Of a stretch of DNA of 64,000 bases, positions 13,048 through 23,594 are shown piece by piece; within the stretch, counting starts at the first letter, position 1, and every line of letters begins with the position of its first letter. Position numbers and translations under genes: made by a program. The notes under the pieces were generated by a model. It ran no database searches. It was not told where the DNA came from and saw nothing but the letters and a program-made list of their open reading frames with translations. Origin of the DNA: a virus (taxonomy: Duplodnaviria; Caudoviricetes); IMG/VR virus record IMGVR_UViG_3300031994_000010, positions 1 through 64,000 of that record; one strand, 5' to 3'.

Positions 13048-14103
13048 ATGGAAATAGGAAGTAATACGTTAAGAGAAAATGGAGAACTCATGAATCTTGA
13101 TTATGAGGATGAAGATTTTTTAGAAGAATAGACTGGATATGAAGAACCTGAAGAGGATCATAATGGAGAAGATATAACTCCAGAACCTACTTTAGTAGAG
13201 AGACTTCTCTAGGATAAAGGAATTACTGATACTTCTAAAATAAAGTTTGCTAATGAAGACAATTCAATTGAAGAAAGAGATTGGAATAGTCTATCAGCAG
13301 AAGAACAATATAATATTTTAAGTGAACAGCCCAGTATTCCTCAACAAAACATTTCAGACCAACTATCTGATGAAGAATTATCTCTTCTTAATTATATGAG
13401 ATAGAATAATCTAACCCCATCTGAATATATAAATCTAAGTATTCAACAAGGAGTTTAGAATTATATAAATAATCAACCTGGACCATCATATTAGGTTGAT
13501 GATATGACAGATGAAGATTTATATATGGCAGATTTAAAGCTTAGAACTCCAGATATTACTGATGAAGAGTTGTTGAGTGCTTTAGATACTGCAAAATCTA
13601 ATGAACAACTATTTGCGAAACAGGTAGCTGGACTTAGACAGGAATATAAAGAATTAGAAGAATCAAATAGAGAAGAAGAATATGCAATTTCTCAAGAATA
13701 GGCACAAGAACAATATAATCAATTTGCAGAAACTATCTATGATAGTATAGATTCTCTGAACACTCTTGGGGATATTGATATTGAACTAGACGATAATGAT
13801 AAGGCCGACCTTGCTGAGTATATTTTAGGATATGATTAGGCTGGAGTAAATCACTTACAAAAAGCACTTTCTGATCCTAGAAATTTAACTGCTGCAGCAT
13901 GGTTTTTACTTAAAGGTCAAGAGACCATAGATGGTCTGATATAGTATTTTACTCGAGAGATTTCATAGGTCAGAAGAAATAGTTATATGAAGGGATAGGA
14001 AAGTCGAGAAGATTCTCCTACTGTTGTCGTAAAACAACAATAGCCTGAACGTAGAAGTTCTTTTACTTAGGGCCCCATTAACTCAATTGATGACCTCGAT
14101 TAA
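13048..14103 (+). CDS. Acidic protein upstream of MCP, probable scaffold-like head assembly protein, ~351 aa
   Basis: Very Glu/Asp-rich and helical. Includes track ORF 13504. Its position directly before MCP is typical of crAss-like head modules. Confidence 0.6.
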
Positions 14104-14128
14104 CGCTTAAATGAATTAATATAATTTT

Positions 14129-17100
14129 ATGACTATTGCAAAATTTACAACCGTACGTCCAACAATGAGTGATACACGTACGTACGAAGATTTTTACAAA
14201 TTCTTAGGCACAAAGCCTTATAAGATGGGTATCGTAAGTCGTTTATACCCAGATTTAACTGCATCGTATTTAACTGAGTCTCTTAGAAATATTTTCTACT
14301 AGGGAAGAAAGTCTGGAAATAAGTATCAACCAATTGATTCTCTCTATTTTGAGTGGTCAATCGAAGTTAATGATATTAAGCGCATTGAGTTTGCTGCTAT
14401 TCCAGAAGGAGATGGTGCAGGTGGTTCAGAAATCACTATGGCTTTCAAGGAAAGATATTATGAGAAGTATGATATTTTCCGTATTGATGGTTCAAATCAA
14501 TAGTGTATTGTTGTTGCAAGACCTATTAGAAAAGCTGATAATTATTGGGAAGTTCAAGTAAGACTTATCGATAACGACTACAGTTCTGTTCTCGATTTCA
14601 GTGCTTGCTAGGTAGGTATGACTACTAGATTCTAGTCAAATGCCATTAACTTAATAGTGGCAATTATAAGTAATTATAATTTAAAAAATACCTTAATTGC
14701 TGGAAACTCTTAAAAGATATTTAAGACAATCAGCAGCGAAGATAAATATTTATTTAGAAATAAAAGGAGAAATCCTTAAGATAAAAAATTTTTATAACGT
14801 TCAACGACTATCCGAAAGGAGTAAATTATGAAATATATAGTATATAAAACAACAAATTTAGTAAATAATTATATTTATATTGGAGTACATAAAACTGAAA
14901 ATCCAGATATTTTTGATAATTATATTGGTAACGGAGTATATATAAATAAACCTTATACTTATGAAAAAAGTAAAACTAAATTTCAACAAGCAGTAAATGA
15001 ATTTGGTACAAAATCTTTTAAAAGGGAAGTTTTAGCAATTTATGATACTCCTGAAGAGGCTTATTCTTTGGAAGAACAATTAGTTAATGAGAATTTTCTT
15101 GCAAGAAACGATGTTTATAATATGGTACTTGGAGGAAAAATAAATAATATTGAAGGAATACCAGTTTATATGTACGATGAATCTGGTTTATATATTAAGA
15201 ATTTCTCTAGTTATGAAGATGCAGGGAAGCATTTAGGTGTACAACCATCTTCTATTAGAAGAGCTGTAGTATATAAATATAGAGTTAAAAATAATTATTT
15301 CACTAATATAAAAGTTGATAAAATAGATATAAAAGAATTTAATACTAATAAAAAAATAAAAGTATATCGTTACTTAAAAGATAATAAATATGATTCAGAA
15401 TTTGAGTCTTATAATGAGGCAGCCAGAAATTCTGATTCTTCTCCATCAAATATTAGGTCTGCTACTTTGACTGGTTATTGTGTAAAAGATTTATACTATT
15501 TTTCTTTTATTAAAAAAGATAGTTATGATAAAGCTCGAACAGAACAAATAAAAACCAGAGAAGTTCATAAATATGATTCTGATGGAAATTATCTTTGTAG
15601 TTACAATACTCAGCAAGAAGCAGAATTTGATAATCCTTATAGTAATATTACTAAAGCAATTAAACTAAAGAGTTTAGATGAAAATGGATATCTATGGGGA
15701 TTGGAAAAATTAGAATCCTATAATTCTCCAAAAAGAAAGGGAAAAAGAAAAGTTGGATTGTTTTCTGAAACTGGTGAATTAATTAAAACCTGGGATTCTG
15801 CTAGGGCTTGTGCTAGAGAGGTAGGAACTGCTGTTCAAAATGTATTAAATGGAAAATATCTAAAACATAAAGGAAACATATACAAATATATTGATAATTG
15901 AAATGGGTATTATCCTATTATATGAATAGGATAGTGATATAGTCTGATCTTTGTAGTAATACAAAGTTAACACAAATGGCCTGAGTTACATGAAGAAGGA
16001 TACGTTAAGTATTAGAGCAATATAGAGCAACAACGTAACTATATCACCACTCATAGATGCGATGATAGCTATTCTGCACTCTATGCTGCATTTGAGGATA
16101 AGTTTATCAGCATTGCCGAAGGTAAGGGTCAAGGTGACTTAACAGAGACTATTTATAAGATGGATAAGAAAGAGAAAGTTCTTCTTGATAACTTCCTCTA
16201 TGTAAGAAATAATGGTTTACTCTTCAACAAGTGTAATGTTGATGTTAATGGTAAGCCAACTATTGTCGATCCAGATACAAATAGACCTATTTATATTGGC
16301 GATGGTATCATTCCATAGGTAGAACGCTTTGCAAGTAAGTATGCTTTCAGCAGATTAACCGTAGAGGTATTCCATACTGTAATTGCTACTCTTTGTGAGA
16401 AGGCAGAAAACCCAACAGGTAACAAGTCAAATAAAATACAGGCTTGGGCAGCTTGAAAAAGCTGTAAAAATAAATTATTCAAATTGCTGGAACCCTTTAG
16501 AGCTTTTAGAACTACAAAGTAATCTGTAAAGATAAGCTTGAAAGTTTGAAAATCTAAAAGATTAGGGAATCAGCAGCAAAGGCCACCTAAAGGGTGGAAT
16601 GTTCAACGACTAAATGTTTAATATCTTATGAATTATATAGTTTATAAAACAACTAATTTAATTAATGGAAAAATTTATATTGGAGTCCATAGAACTAATC
16701 CTGATATATTTGATGGATATATAGGATGTGGTATAACATAGAAAGATAAAAAAGAAAAAATATTAAAAGGATTTCCAGCAGCTGTAAAAAAATACGGCTA
16801 TGAAAACTTTAAAAGAGAAACTTTATTTATATATCCAGATACAGAAGAAGGTAAATTACAAGCATATAAAAAAGAGGAAGAATTAGTAAATTTAGATTTT
16901 GTTAAGTCTTCTGAAACTTATAATTTAGCTTTAGGTGGAAAAATTTCAATGGGGGAGTGTAATAAAAAAGAGATTGCACAGTACACCATTGATGGAACTT
17001 TTATTAGAACCTGGGCATCTATAACTGAAGCCGAAGAAACCCTTGGTATACCTAATATTAGTTAGAATTTAATTGGTAAATCTAAATATAGTGGTAATTT

Positions 17101-18049
17101 TCAATGGAAATATTACACTGGAGATGAATCTCCTATACCTCCAGTAGAAACTAAAGAAAAAACAGTTTATCAATTTGATTTACAAGGAAATCTTATTAAA
17201 GTTTGGAAATCTGCAAGTGAAGCAGCTAAACAATTTACTAATGTAAATTCAGCACGAACCGCTATTAGTAACAATTGTTTAAAAAAAGTTAATAAAGCAT
17301 ACGGTTATTTTTGGTCTTATAAACATATATTTGATTATAAGGAAACTAAAGGAAAATCAGTTGCTAAATACAATGATGAAGGAGAATTATTAGAAATATA
17401 TGATTCTATTAAAGAAGCTGCTGAATTAAATAATATTAAAACTCCATCTAATATAAGTGCTGCTATAGCAGGTAAACAAAAAAGATGTGGAGGATTTAGA
17501 TGGAGATATTTCTATGGTAATAAGGATAATATAAAACCCATTTAAGATAAAGATATAGTCTGACCTTATAGGAAACTATAAGATTAACAATGTGTTGTCT
17601 TTATCTGCAACGAGCGTATGTGGTTCTTAATTCAAACAGTGCTTGGAGAGTGGTTAAGTAAGTTTAAGGTAGATGCTACTTATCTTTGGTCTAAGTAGGC
17701 TAATGATTACATTAAGGTAGGTGCTACATTCCAAACTTATGAATGGGGTGGAAACCAAATCAGCTTCAAGGTTGATAGAACATTCTCTCGTGAGTATGGA
17801 TTCGAAAAGGGATATGCATTATGCTTAGATTTAACAGCTGATAGTACTGGTAATGAGCCTCCTATCCAAATGTTCACATTAAAGGGTGGTGACTTTATCC
17901 AAAATAGATTCCCAGGCGTAGGTGGCTTGGATGGTTTAAGCTCTGGTGTTGTTTCTAGCCCAGTAGCTGGAAGTAAGCTGATAGTGTGGGGATATAGTGG
18001 CGTTGCTGTCTTTAATCCCTATAGGTCGTTTATATTAAGAGAGATTTGA
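14129..18049 (+). CDS. Major capsid protein, spliced: join(14129..14646,15979..16427,17595..18049), 473 aa
   Basis: MTIAKFTTVRPTMSDTRTYEDFYKFLG...; splicing restores the frame at SNAM-PELHEEGY and PTGNKF-VFICNERMW. C-terminus GYSGVAVFNPYRSFILREI. Total 1422 nt. crAss-like MCP character. Confidence 0.88.
14647..15978 (+). mobile_element. Group I intron 1 in MCP
   Basis: The exon ends in U and the intron ends in G. P1 pairs TGCCAT with GTGGCA (14657-14662), with a U.G wobble at the splice site. Core elements: P AATTGCTGGAAAC, Q AATCAGCAGC, R GTTCAACGACTA, S GATATAGTCTG. Confidence 0.9.
14828..15901 (+). CDS. Intron-encoded GIY-YIG homing endonuclease with NUMOD1-like repeats, 357 aa
   Basis: N-terminal YIVYKTTNLVNNYIYIGVH and repeated V..YD..G..I..F.S..EA units. 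Lies between R and S of the intron. Contains no TAG codons. Confidence 0.88.
   Translation: MKYIVYKTTNLVNNYIYIGVHKTENPDIFDNYIGNGVYINKPYTYEKSKTKFQQAVNEFGTKSFKREVLAIYDTPEEAYSLEEQLVNENFLARNDVYNMVLGGKINNIEGIPVYMYDESGLYIKNFSSYEDAGKHLGVQPSSIRRAVVYKYRVKNNYFTNIKVDKIDIKEFNTNKKIKVYRYLKDNKYDSEFESYNEAARNSDSSPSNIRSATLTGYCVKDLYYFSFIKKDSYDKARTEQIKTREVHKYDSDGNYLCSYNTQQEAEFDNPYSNITKAIKLKSLDENGYLWGLEKLESYNSPKRKGKRKVGLFSETGELIKTWDSARACAREVGTAVQNVLNGKYLKHKGNIYKYIDN
16428..17594 (+). mobile_element. Group I intron 2 in MCP
   Basis: The exon ends CAAGU and pairs with GCTTG (16442-16446, U.G wobble). Terminal G at 17594. Core elements: P AATTGCTGGAACC, Q AATCAGCAGC, R GTTCAACGACTA, S AGATATAGTCTG. Confidence 0.9.
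16628..17545 (+). CDS. Intron-encoded GIY-YIG homing endonuclease with NUMOD1-like repeats, 305 aa (absent from ORF track)
   Basis: MNYIVYKTTNLINGKIYIGVHRTNPDIFDGYIG... and VYQFDLQGNLIKVWKSASEAA repeats. Two in-frame TAGs (16739, 17063). Ends TAA. Confidence 0.85.
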
Positions 18050-18109
18050 TCTCTTAAATCAGCTTAAACTAAAAAATTTAAAGATAATAACTTAGTTAAA
18101 TAGATTAGC

Positions 18110-18140
18110 GCAGGGGAGCAGCCCTCCCCTGCTTAGTTTA
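18110..18140 (+). terminator. GC-rich hairpin after MCP (leaky terminator or stability hairpin)
   Basis: GCAGGGGA-gcagccc-TCCCCTGC followed by an imperfect T-tract (ttagttta). Confidence 0.55.
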
Positions 18141-18163
18141 AATATATAAAAGTAAATGAATTA

Positions 18164-19015
18164 ATGAGTACAGTAAATGATAGAGGTGCTTTCACCAAAG
18201 AAGTAATTGTTTTAAGAAGTGTGTATAGTAAAACACCAATTAAATACTATATGCAACCTTGTAAAGATAAATATGGACGTTTCCCAAATTGTGTAAAAAG
18301 AGTAAACTCTCAAGGTGACATGATAATGACTGACCAAGAGAGGAATAGCGAGGAATCTAATTACTTCATTCCTGAGAATTAGGTTTTTACAATAACTGAT
18401 GGACAAACTTTTGATTTGACTGACCCATATCAAAAAAATATGTGGGAAGCTATTAAAAATAATCCTATGATTGCTAAAAGTCGTTTTGAGAAAGACGAAA
18501 ATGGTAATTTCAAAATTGATGGAACTCCAGATAAAAATGCACACGTTCAAAGGTATGGTATTGCAGAATTGTATGTAGATATGCCTGGAGTAGAAACAGC
18601 TCAAAAGGTAACTAAGAAAAAGAAGGTACTTAATGCTTGTAATTTCATTATGAATGATCAAAGAGGAGCTGATGGTAGACTGCTTATGGCAAAACTCTTG
18701 GGAAAGAATATGCATAATGCACCAGATGCAGATGTAGAAGATTTCCTTTTCCAAATAGCAGAAAAAGATCCAGATAGGATTATTTCTTTGTATACAGGTG
18801 ATGATTTAAATCTCCGTATTCTTTTTGCTGAAGCTAGAGAACGTAAAGTTATTTTATATAAAAATAAAGTATATACATATGCTCACGGAGATGTAGTCTT
18901 GGGAACAACTGATGACCAAGTACTTACTTGGATGAAAGACTCTAAAAATAAGAAAGTATTAGAATTAATTCGTAAAGATACATACCCAGAAATGTATAAA
19001 AACGAGGATAAATGA
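18164..19015 (+). CDS. Conserved crAss-like protein downstream of MCP, 283 aa
   Basis: Track ORFs 18164 and 18416 are joined by a single TAG at 18380. ATGA overlap with the next gene. Confidence 0.75.
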
Positions 19016-20121
19016 CAGCTAGACAATTATTAAACGGTGTAGTAATTGAACTTAATAAACAATAGGCTCCAAGTCCAACACTTGAAGCTTTTAATTACTT
19101 TGCCAATAAAGCAATTAACTAGTATATAAACAAACGTTATAGTCAAGGCTATGATGTTAACCAACAATTTACTGATGATGTCCGAGTTTTAAAAGCATCT
19201 GCAGTTTTATATGCAAAACCTAATCCTGTTTCCAAAGATGTTACATCTTTGAAATCGTTTCTTACAGATGCTAAATATGATTTTGATTTACCTGCTGACT
19301 ATTTACATTTATTAAATTGTACTTGCGTGTACAAAGTTAATAAAAGATATAGTTGCTATGATGCAGGGACATATTGGGAAGTAGGAGCAACTAGGCTAAC
19401 TGCTGATTTAGCTCCTATTATCCTCAATAATTTTTATATGCGACCAAAGTACGATAAACCGTACTATTATATTAATAATAATAATATTGATACAGGAGCA
19501 TGGGATGCAAAACAATCTTTAACTCCAACTAATCCAGTTGAATTAACTCAAAATAATATTAGTGGAACATTAGATAATAATGGAACTGATAGATAGACTG
19601 GAATTAGTGGACCTATGGAACCAGAACTTGATTATGCACCAATTGTTCAATCAATTAAAGGTGCTCCTAACTCTAAAAATATTCCTCAAGAAAACAGAGT
19701 ATCTAATGATACTAATGACTTTATTGATATTAAAAATCAAATTTTACCAAGATTTCGTGAAGAGCGAGATGGATTACTTGACGATACAGTAGAGCGAACT
19801 GCTGGAAATCGTTATGGTAATTCTAGTAAAGTAAGACTTGAAATTAGATATGGTAAAGATAATTCTGTATTCCAATTAGCCGCTATAAAAATCGATTATA
19901 TTAAAGCTCCACAACATATACGGTTAACTCAAGAACAAATTGATTTAACTGAGGACACATCACAGATATTGGAATTCCCAGATTATGTATGTCAAGAGAT
20001 TATTAATGAGCTGACCCATATTATTATGGAAAATGGAACCGATCCAAGGCTCCAAACACATCCTGTAGTTTCTTAGTCTATCGCATCTCCAGCTCAGGGA
20101 TAGACAACAACCAAAAAATAA
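19012..20121 (+). CDS. Tail ring/adaptor-type structural protein, ~369 aa
   Basis: ELNK...FNYFANKAINQYINKRY...NQQFTDDVRVL, LPADYLHLL, and IDYIKAP...EFPDYVCQEII. These are crAss ring-protein-like motifs, and synteny agrees. Confidence 0.65.
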
Positions 20122-20130
20122 TTATAACGT

Positions 20131-21354
20131 ATGTTTATTTTTTCAACAAACACACTAATTAACGAATACACTGGTTATCCTGGTGGATTCGTAGTAGATG
20201 ACGCTCTTATTGCTAGAAGTGGTAATGATGCAGATTTAACTGCTGTCAAGGGTCAAAAAGTTCGTTGGTATGTAGATAAGACCAATGCTAATGATCCTAT
20301 TTTAAGAATTGGTAGAGATTTCAGATTTGCTTCTTCTAACGTAGTAGCAATTTATAAGAGAGAATGCAATGATCCTGAACTTGCTAAGGTTAATATTGAT
20401 TTAACTGGTATTACTGAAGCTGGTTTCTATAGAATTGCTATTTATGTGAGACTCACTCAAGGTTCTCAGGATTCTTATTATGCTAATGACTTCGTATTCA
20501 AAGGAAAGCCTTTCTTTGTAGAATTTAAGGTAACTACTGCTAACTTAAGTAATAAGGCAGCTCTTGCTAAGAAGGTTGTTGGTATAGTTAAGAAGTATAT
20601 GAATATGCAATACGAGTATCCTCTCTTAACTGTAACTGCTGATGGTACTAAGGTAGTGATTGAAGCTACTGATGAATATTAGAGATTTAAGATGGTAGAG
20701 TTACAATAGCTTGGTGAAGGATTTAACCCTGACTGCTGCCATGCCTTAGAAGTTTATGAAGCTATTGATTCTCTTGACCCAGAATCTGATGCTTATCAAG
20801 GCAATATTGTTTTCGCACAAGATGCTACTGATAATCATCTGCTTAAGGGTAAGGAAGGTTTCGGAACCTATCGTCAAATTACCAAGGACCTCAGACTTCC
20901 TACTGCTGCAAATACTAGATGGAATCGTATTGTTTTAGACGAAGCTCCACAACTTGGAGGTAAGTACGACCAATACATTATCTATATGTGTGTAAATAGA
21001 GGTGTTATGGGAAGCGATGCTGTTGGTGACTTAGTTAAGAGTAGAACTCATCACGTTTTCTATGTTCTTCACGACGAATGTGCTGATATCATAGAAACTT
21101 GGGAGAAGGCTCTTTTAGCTATTGCCCCAGAGATTGAAGTAGTAAACAAGGATAAGGATGATGCAGAACTCGCAACTCCTTACGATTCAGCTGCTGCTAC
21201 TACCGCAATAGGTGTGACTGAAAACACTGCAAGAACTGAAGCTAGCGGTGACCATGAAGAGACTGCTAAGGGAGATGCTTCCAATAAGCAAGTTAATTCT
21301 TTCCACGGAAAACTTGATGATGCTGAAAGTTCTTCTGAAGAAACAGAACCTTAA
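20131..21354 (+). CDS. Probable auxiliary capsid/structural protein, ~407 aa
   Basis: Joins track ORFs 20131 and 20986. Codon usage resembles MCP (AAG, TTC, AAC rich), suggesting high expression. Acidic tail, followed by a strong terminator. Confidence 0.6.
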
Positions 21355-21367
21355 TGATTAATTTATT

Positions 21368-21399
21368 GGGCGAAGGCTTAGTAGCCTTTGCCCTTTTTT
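21368..21399 (+). terminator. Rho-independent terminator
   Basis: GGGCGAAGGCT-tagt-AGCCTTTGCCC followed by TTTTTT. Confidence 0.85.
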
Positions 21400-21402
21400 A
21401 TT

Positions 21403-22089
21403 ATGGCAATATTTGATAAATTAGCATCAGCTATTCAAAATGATGTAATCTCTGGTTTAAGAGGGTATCATCATAATATGTCTATGGATATAGAATAGCT
21501 GAAAGATGAAATAGTAGATACTCGATTGGCAGTATTAAAAGAATACTCATTAAAAGGAATATTGCCACTTCGAGACTTGTTATTGGCAATAAATTGTATA
21601 CCAGTAGACTGTGAGGATTTAGATAGATGTAAATGTACTAATTCTTATACTGGAAAACCTGTAGCTCATTTTGAAATTCCATAGATTTTAAATGATTTTG
21701 GAGGTAAAGCTATTGACTACATAGGCTCTACTGATAGATAGTAGCCTTTTTTATTTACAACTTCTATGTATGTAATGAACTATACTAGAAATTATCGTAA
21801 AAGAGGTAGACATAAACCTTTTGTTTATATTGACACTACTCCTAACGAAAATGGAATGTATGATTGTTTTATCTTTAATGCTCCACTTATTTAGGAAGTA
21901 TCAGTAGTTGCAGTCTTTAAAGATCCAAGATAGCTTGAAAGATACAATTGTTGTAGTGACCTTGGAGATGATAATTTTAATTTCATTAATAATGAAGTAC
22001 GGAATAGGTTAACTTAGAAAAAGATACAATATTATAGATAGTTAGCTGCTCCAATACTTCCTAATACGCAAGAATACGCTGCTGGATAA
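21403..22089 (+). CDS. Putative tail ring/structural protein, ~228 aa
   Basis: MAIFDKLASAIQNDV...VSVVAVFKDPRQL. TAATG junction with the next gene. Function from synteny. Confidence 0.55.
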
Positions 22090-22781
22090 TGCAAGATATA
22101 CATTATGCTTAGTTTTTAGCTAACAGTTTATATGGAGTTGAACTACTCCCGGATGATTTTGAAGAAATGGCTTTAATTGCTTTTAGTATGATAGGCAATA
22201 AAAGAATGCAACTTTTAAGTACTTGTGCTGACGTTTCTTGTGAGGGATTAGTTCAACTTCCATGTGATTGTTCTTAGTTAGAAGCTGTAACTTACTTTTT
22301 TGAAGACTGGAATAGAGTCACTAACAAGTAGTGGTTCGGAGATTTACAGTCTCAATTTACAGAACATTGGATAGAAGGAATGAAAAGAACAAGTGGTCCT
22401 TTTTATATTCCTGGTAAATATGCCAATTATGTAGAAGTATCTGAAGATACTATACAAATAAAAGATCCTTTGGATAATAAAGTGCATATCCTTTATAAAT
22501 CAGAATAGTTAGATGGTAATGGTTTACCTTGGATTACTGATTCTGAAGCTATAGCTATAGCTACTTTTGTGGCATATATGACTAAGTTTAAAGAAGGTAT
22601 GCTTACTAATAATGGAGATACTATAAAAATATCCCAAATGTTATAGTCTGAATGGAATAGGCGATGTGATGCTGCACGGGTAGCTGATCATATTTCACAA
22701 AATGATATGGATAGAGTCTTAGATTCTAAGACTTCTTGGGATAGAAAACAACATGGAAAATCATATAAACCTATAAGATAA
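22089..22781 (+). CDS. Putative tail ring/adaptor protein, ~230 aa
   Basis: MQDIHYAQFLANSLYG...VQLPCD...DGNGLPWI...EAIAIATF. TAATG junctions on both sides. Confidence 0.55.
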
Positions 22782-23011
22782 TGAGCTTTATAAATGATTT
22801 TAAGGAAAGCAATCGTTGGAAACATTTTTTATATGGTATTCCAACAGCATTATTCTGCACTATCTTATGTACTTTAGGAGTAGCTGCAGGAATGGAATTG
22901 AAAGATAAATTATATGGAAACCAGTGGGACTGGAAAGATTTTGGATTTACAATGTTAGGTGGATCTATTGGTTAGATTTTATAGGCAATTATATTATGGC
23001 TTTTACTATAA
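22781..23011 (+). CDS. Small membrane protein, 76 aa
   Basis: ESNRWKHFLYG...AAGMELKDKLYGNQWDWKDFGFTMLGG with hydrophobic helices. Extends past TAG 22973 to TAA. Confidence 0.7.
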
Positions 23012-23015
23012 GCAA

Positions 23016-23594
23016 ATGCAAATAAAAAGAATTTAGGACTACTATGACTAGATTTAGGAGATGTATCCTGATGTTCCTATGTCAGATATAAAGAAAATTC
23101 TTTAGTTTGGATGGAAGTCTTTATATCTACATAGTAGTTATGGTGGTGATGTAATAGTAAAAGATGATAGTTTCTTTTGCTATTTTGGGTGGCTTATGAA
23201 AGATTCGCTAAAATGGTTTACTTATTATAAGAAAAAACTTGGAATTAAGATTTCTGTTTTATTTAAGAGAAGAAATAAGGGTATTCCGTGGGATGGTTAT
23301 TATTATTTTGCTTTAGATAAATAGGCAGAAGCTCGATACTGGGCTTCTATAAGTAAAAGAGGAAGACCAAAGAAGTGGTTTACTTTCGGTCCTATAATAC
23401 TATATAAGATAAAAGAAGAATGTATTGTTAGAGAAGCTGAAAAGTGTATTATATTTAGAGTACCCTATCCAGCAGATTTAGGATATCACTTATTTAAAAG
23501 AAAACTTAAAACAGATAAAGCAGAAATAGTTCTAAGAAGAGATAATAAATTTAAAGATTTATTGATTACTAACAATGAATATGAATATATATGA
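23016..23594 (+). CDS. Basic hypothetical protein (possibly IHF/HU-like), 192 aa
   Basis: Lys/Arg/aromatic-rich ORF that is open only with TAG=Gln. ATGA overlap with the next gene. The DNA-binding role is a positional guess. Confidence 0.5.

Noticed and set aside
14334-14561. Alternate-frame + strand ORFs (14334, 19580, 20756)
   Set aside because: They lie out of frame inside MCP and other structural genes.
14647-14827. MCP-endonuclease in-frame fusion
   Set aside because: Both HEGs share the frame of the upstream exon, but TAA/TGA stops intervene in the intron 5' regions.
18212-18754. Minus-strand ORFs in the track (also 4858, 6561, 16291, 27323, 27584, 32012, 38996, 40075, 43348, 46277, 46669, 60604, 62656)
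   Set aside because: They are antisense shadows of well-supported + strand genes and have no recognisable motifs.
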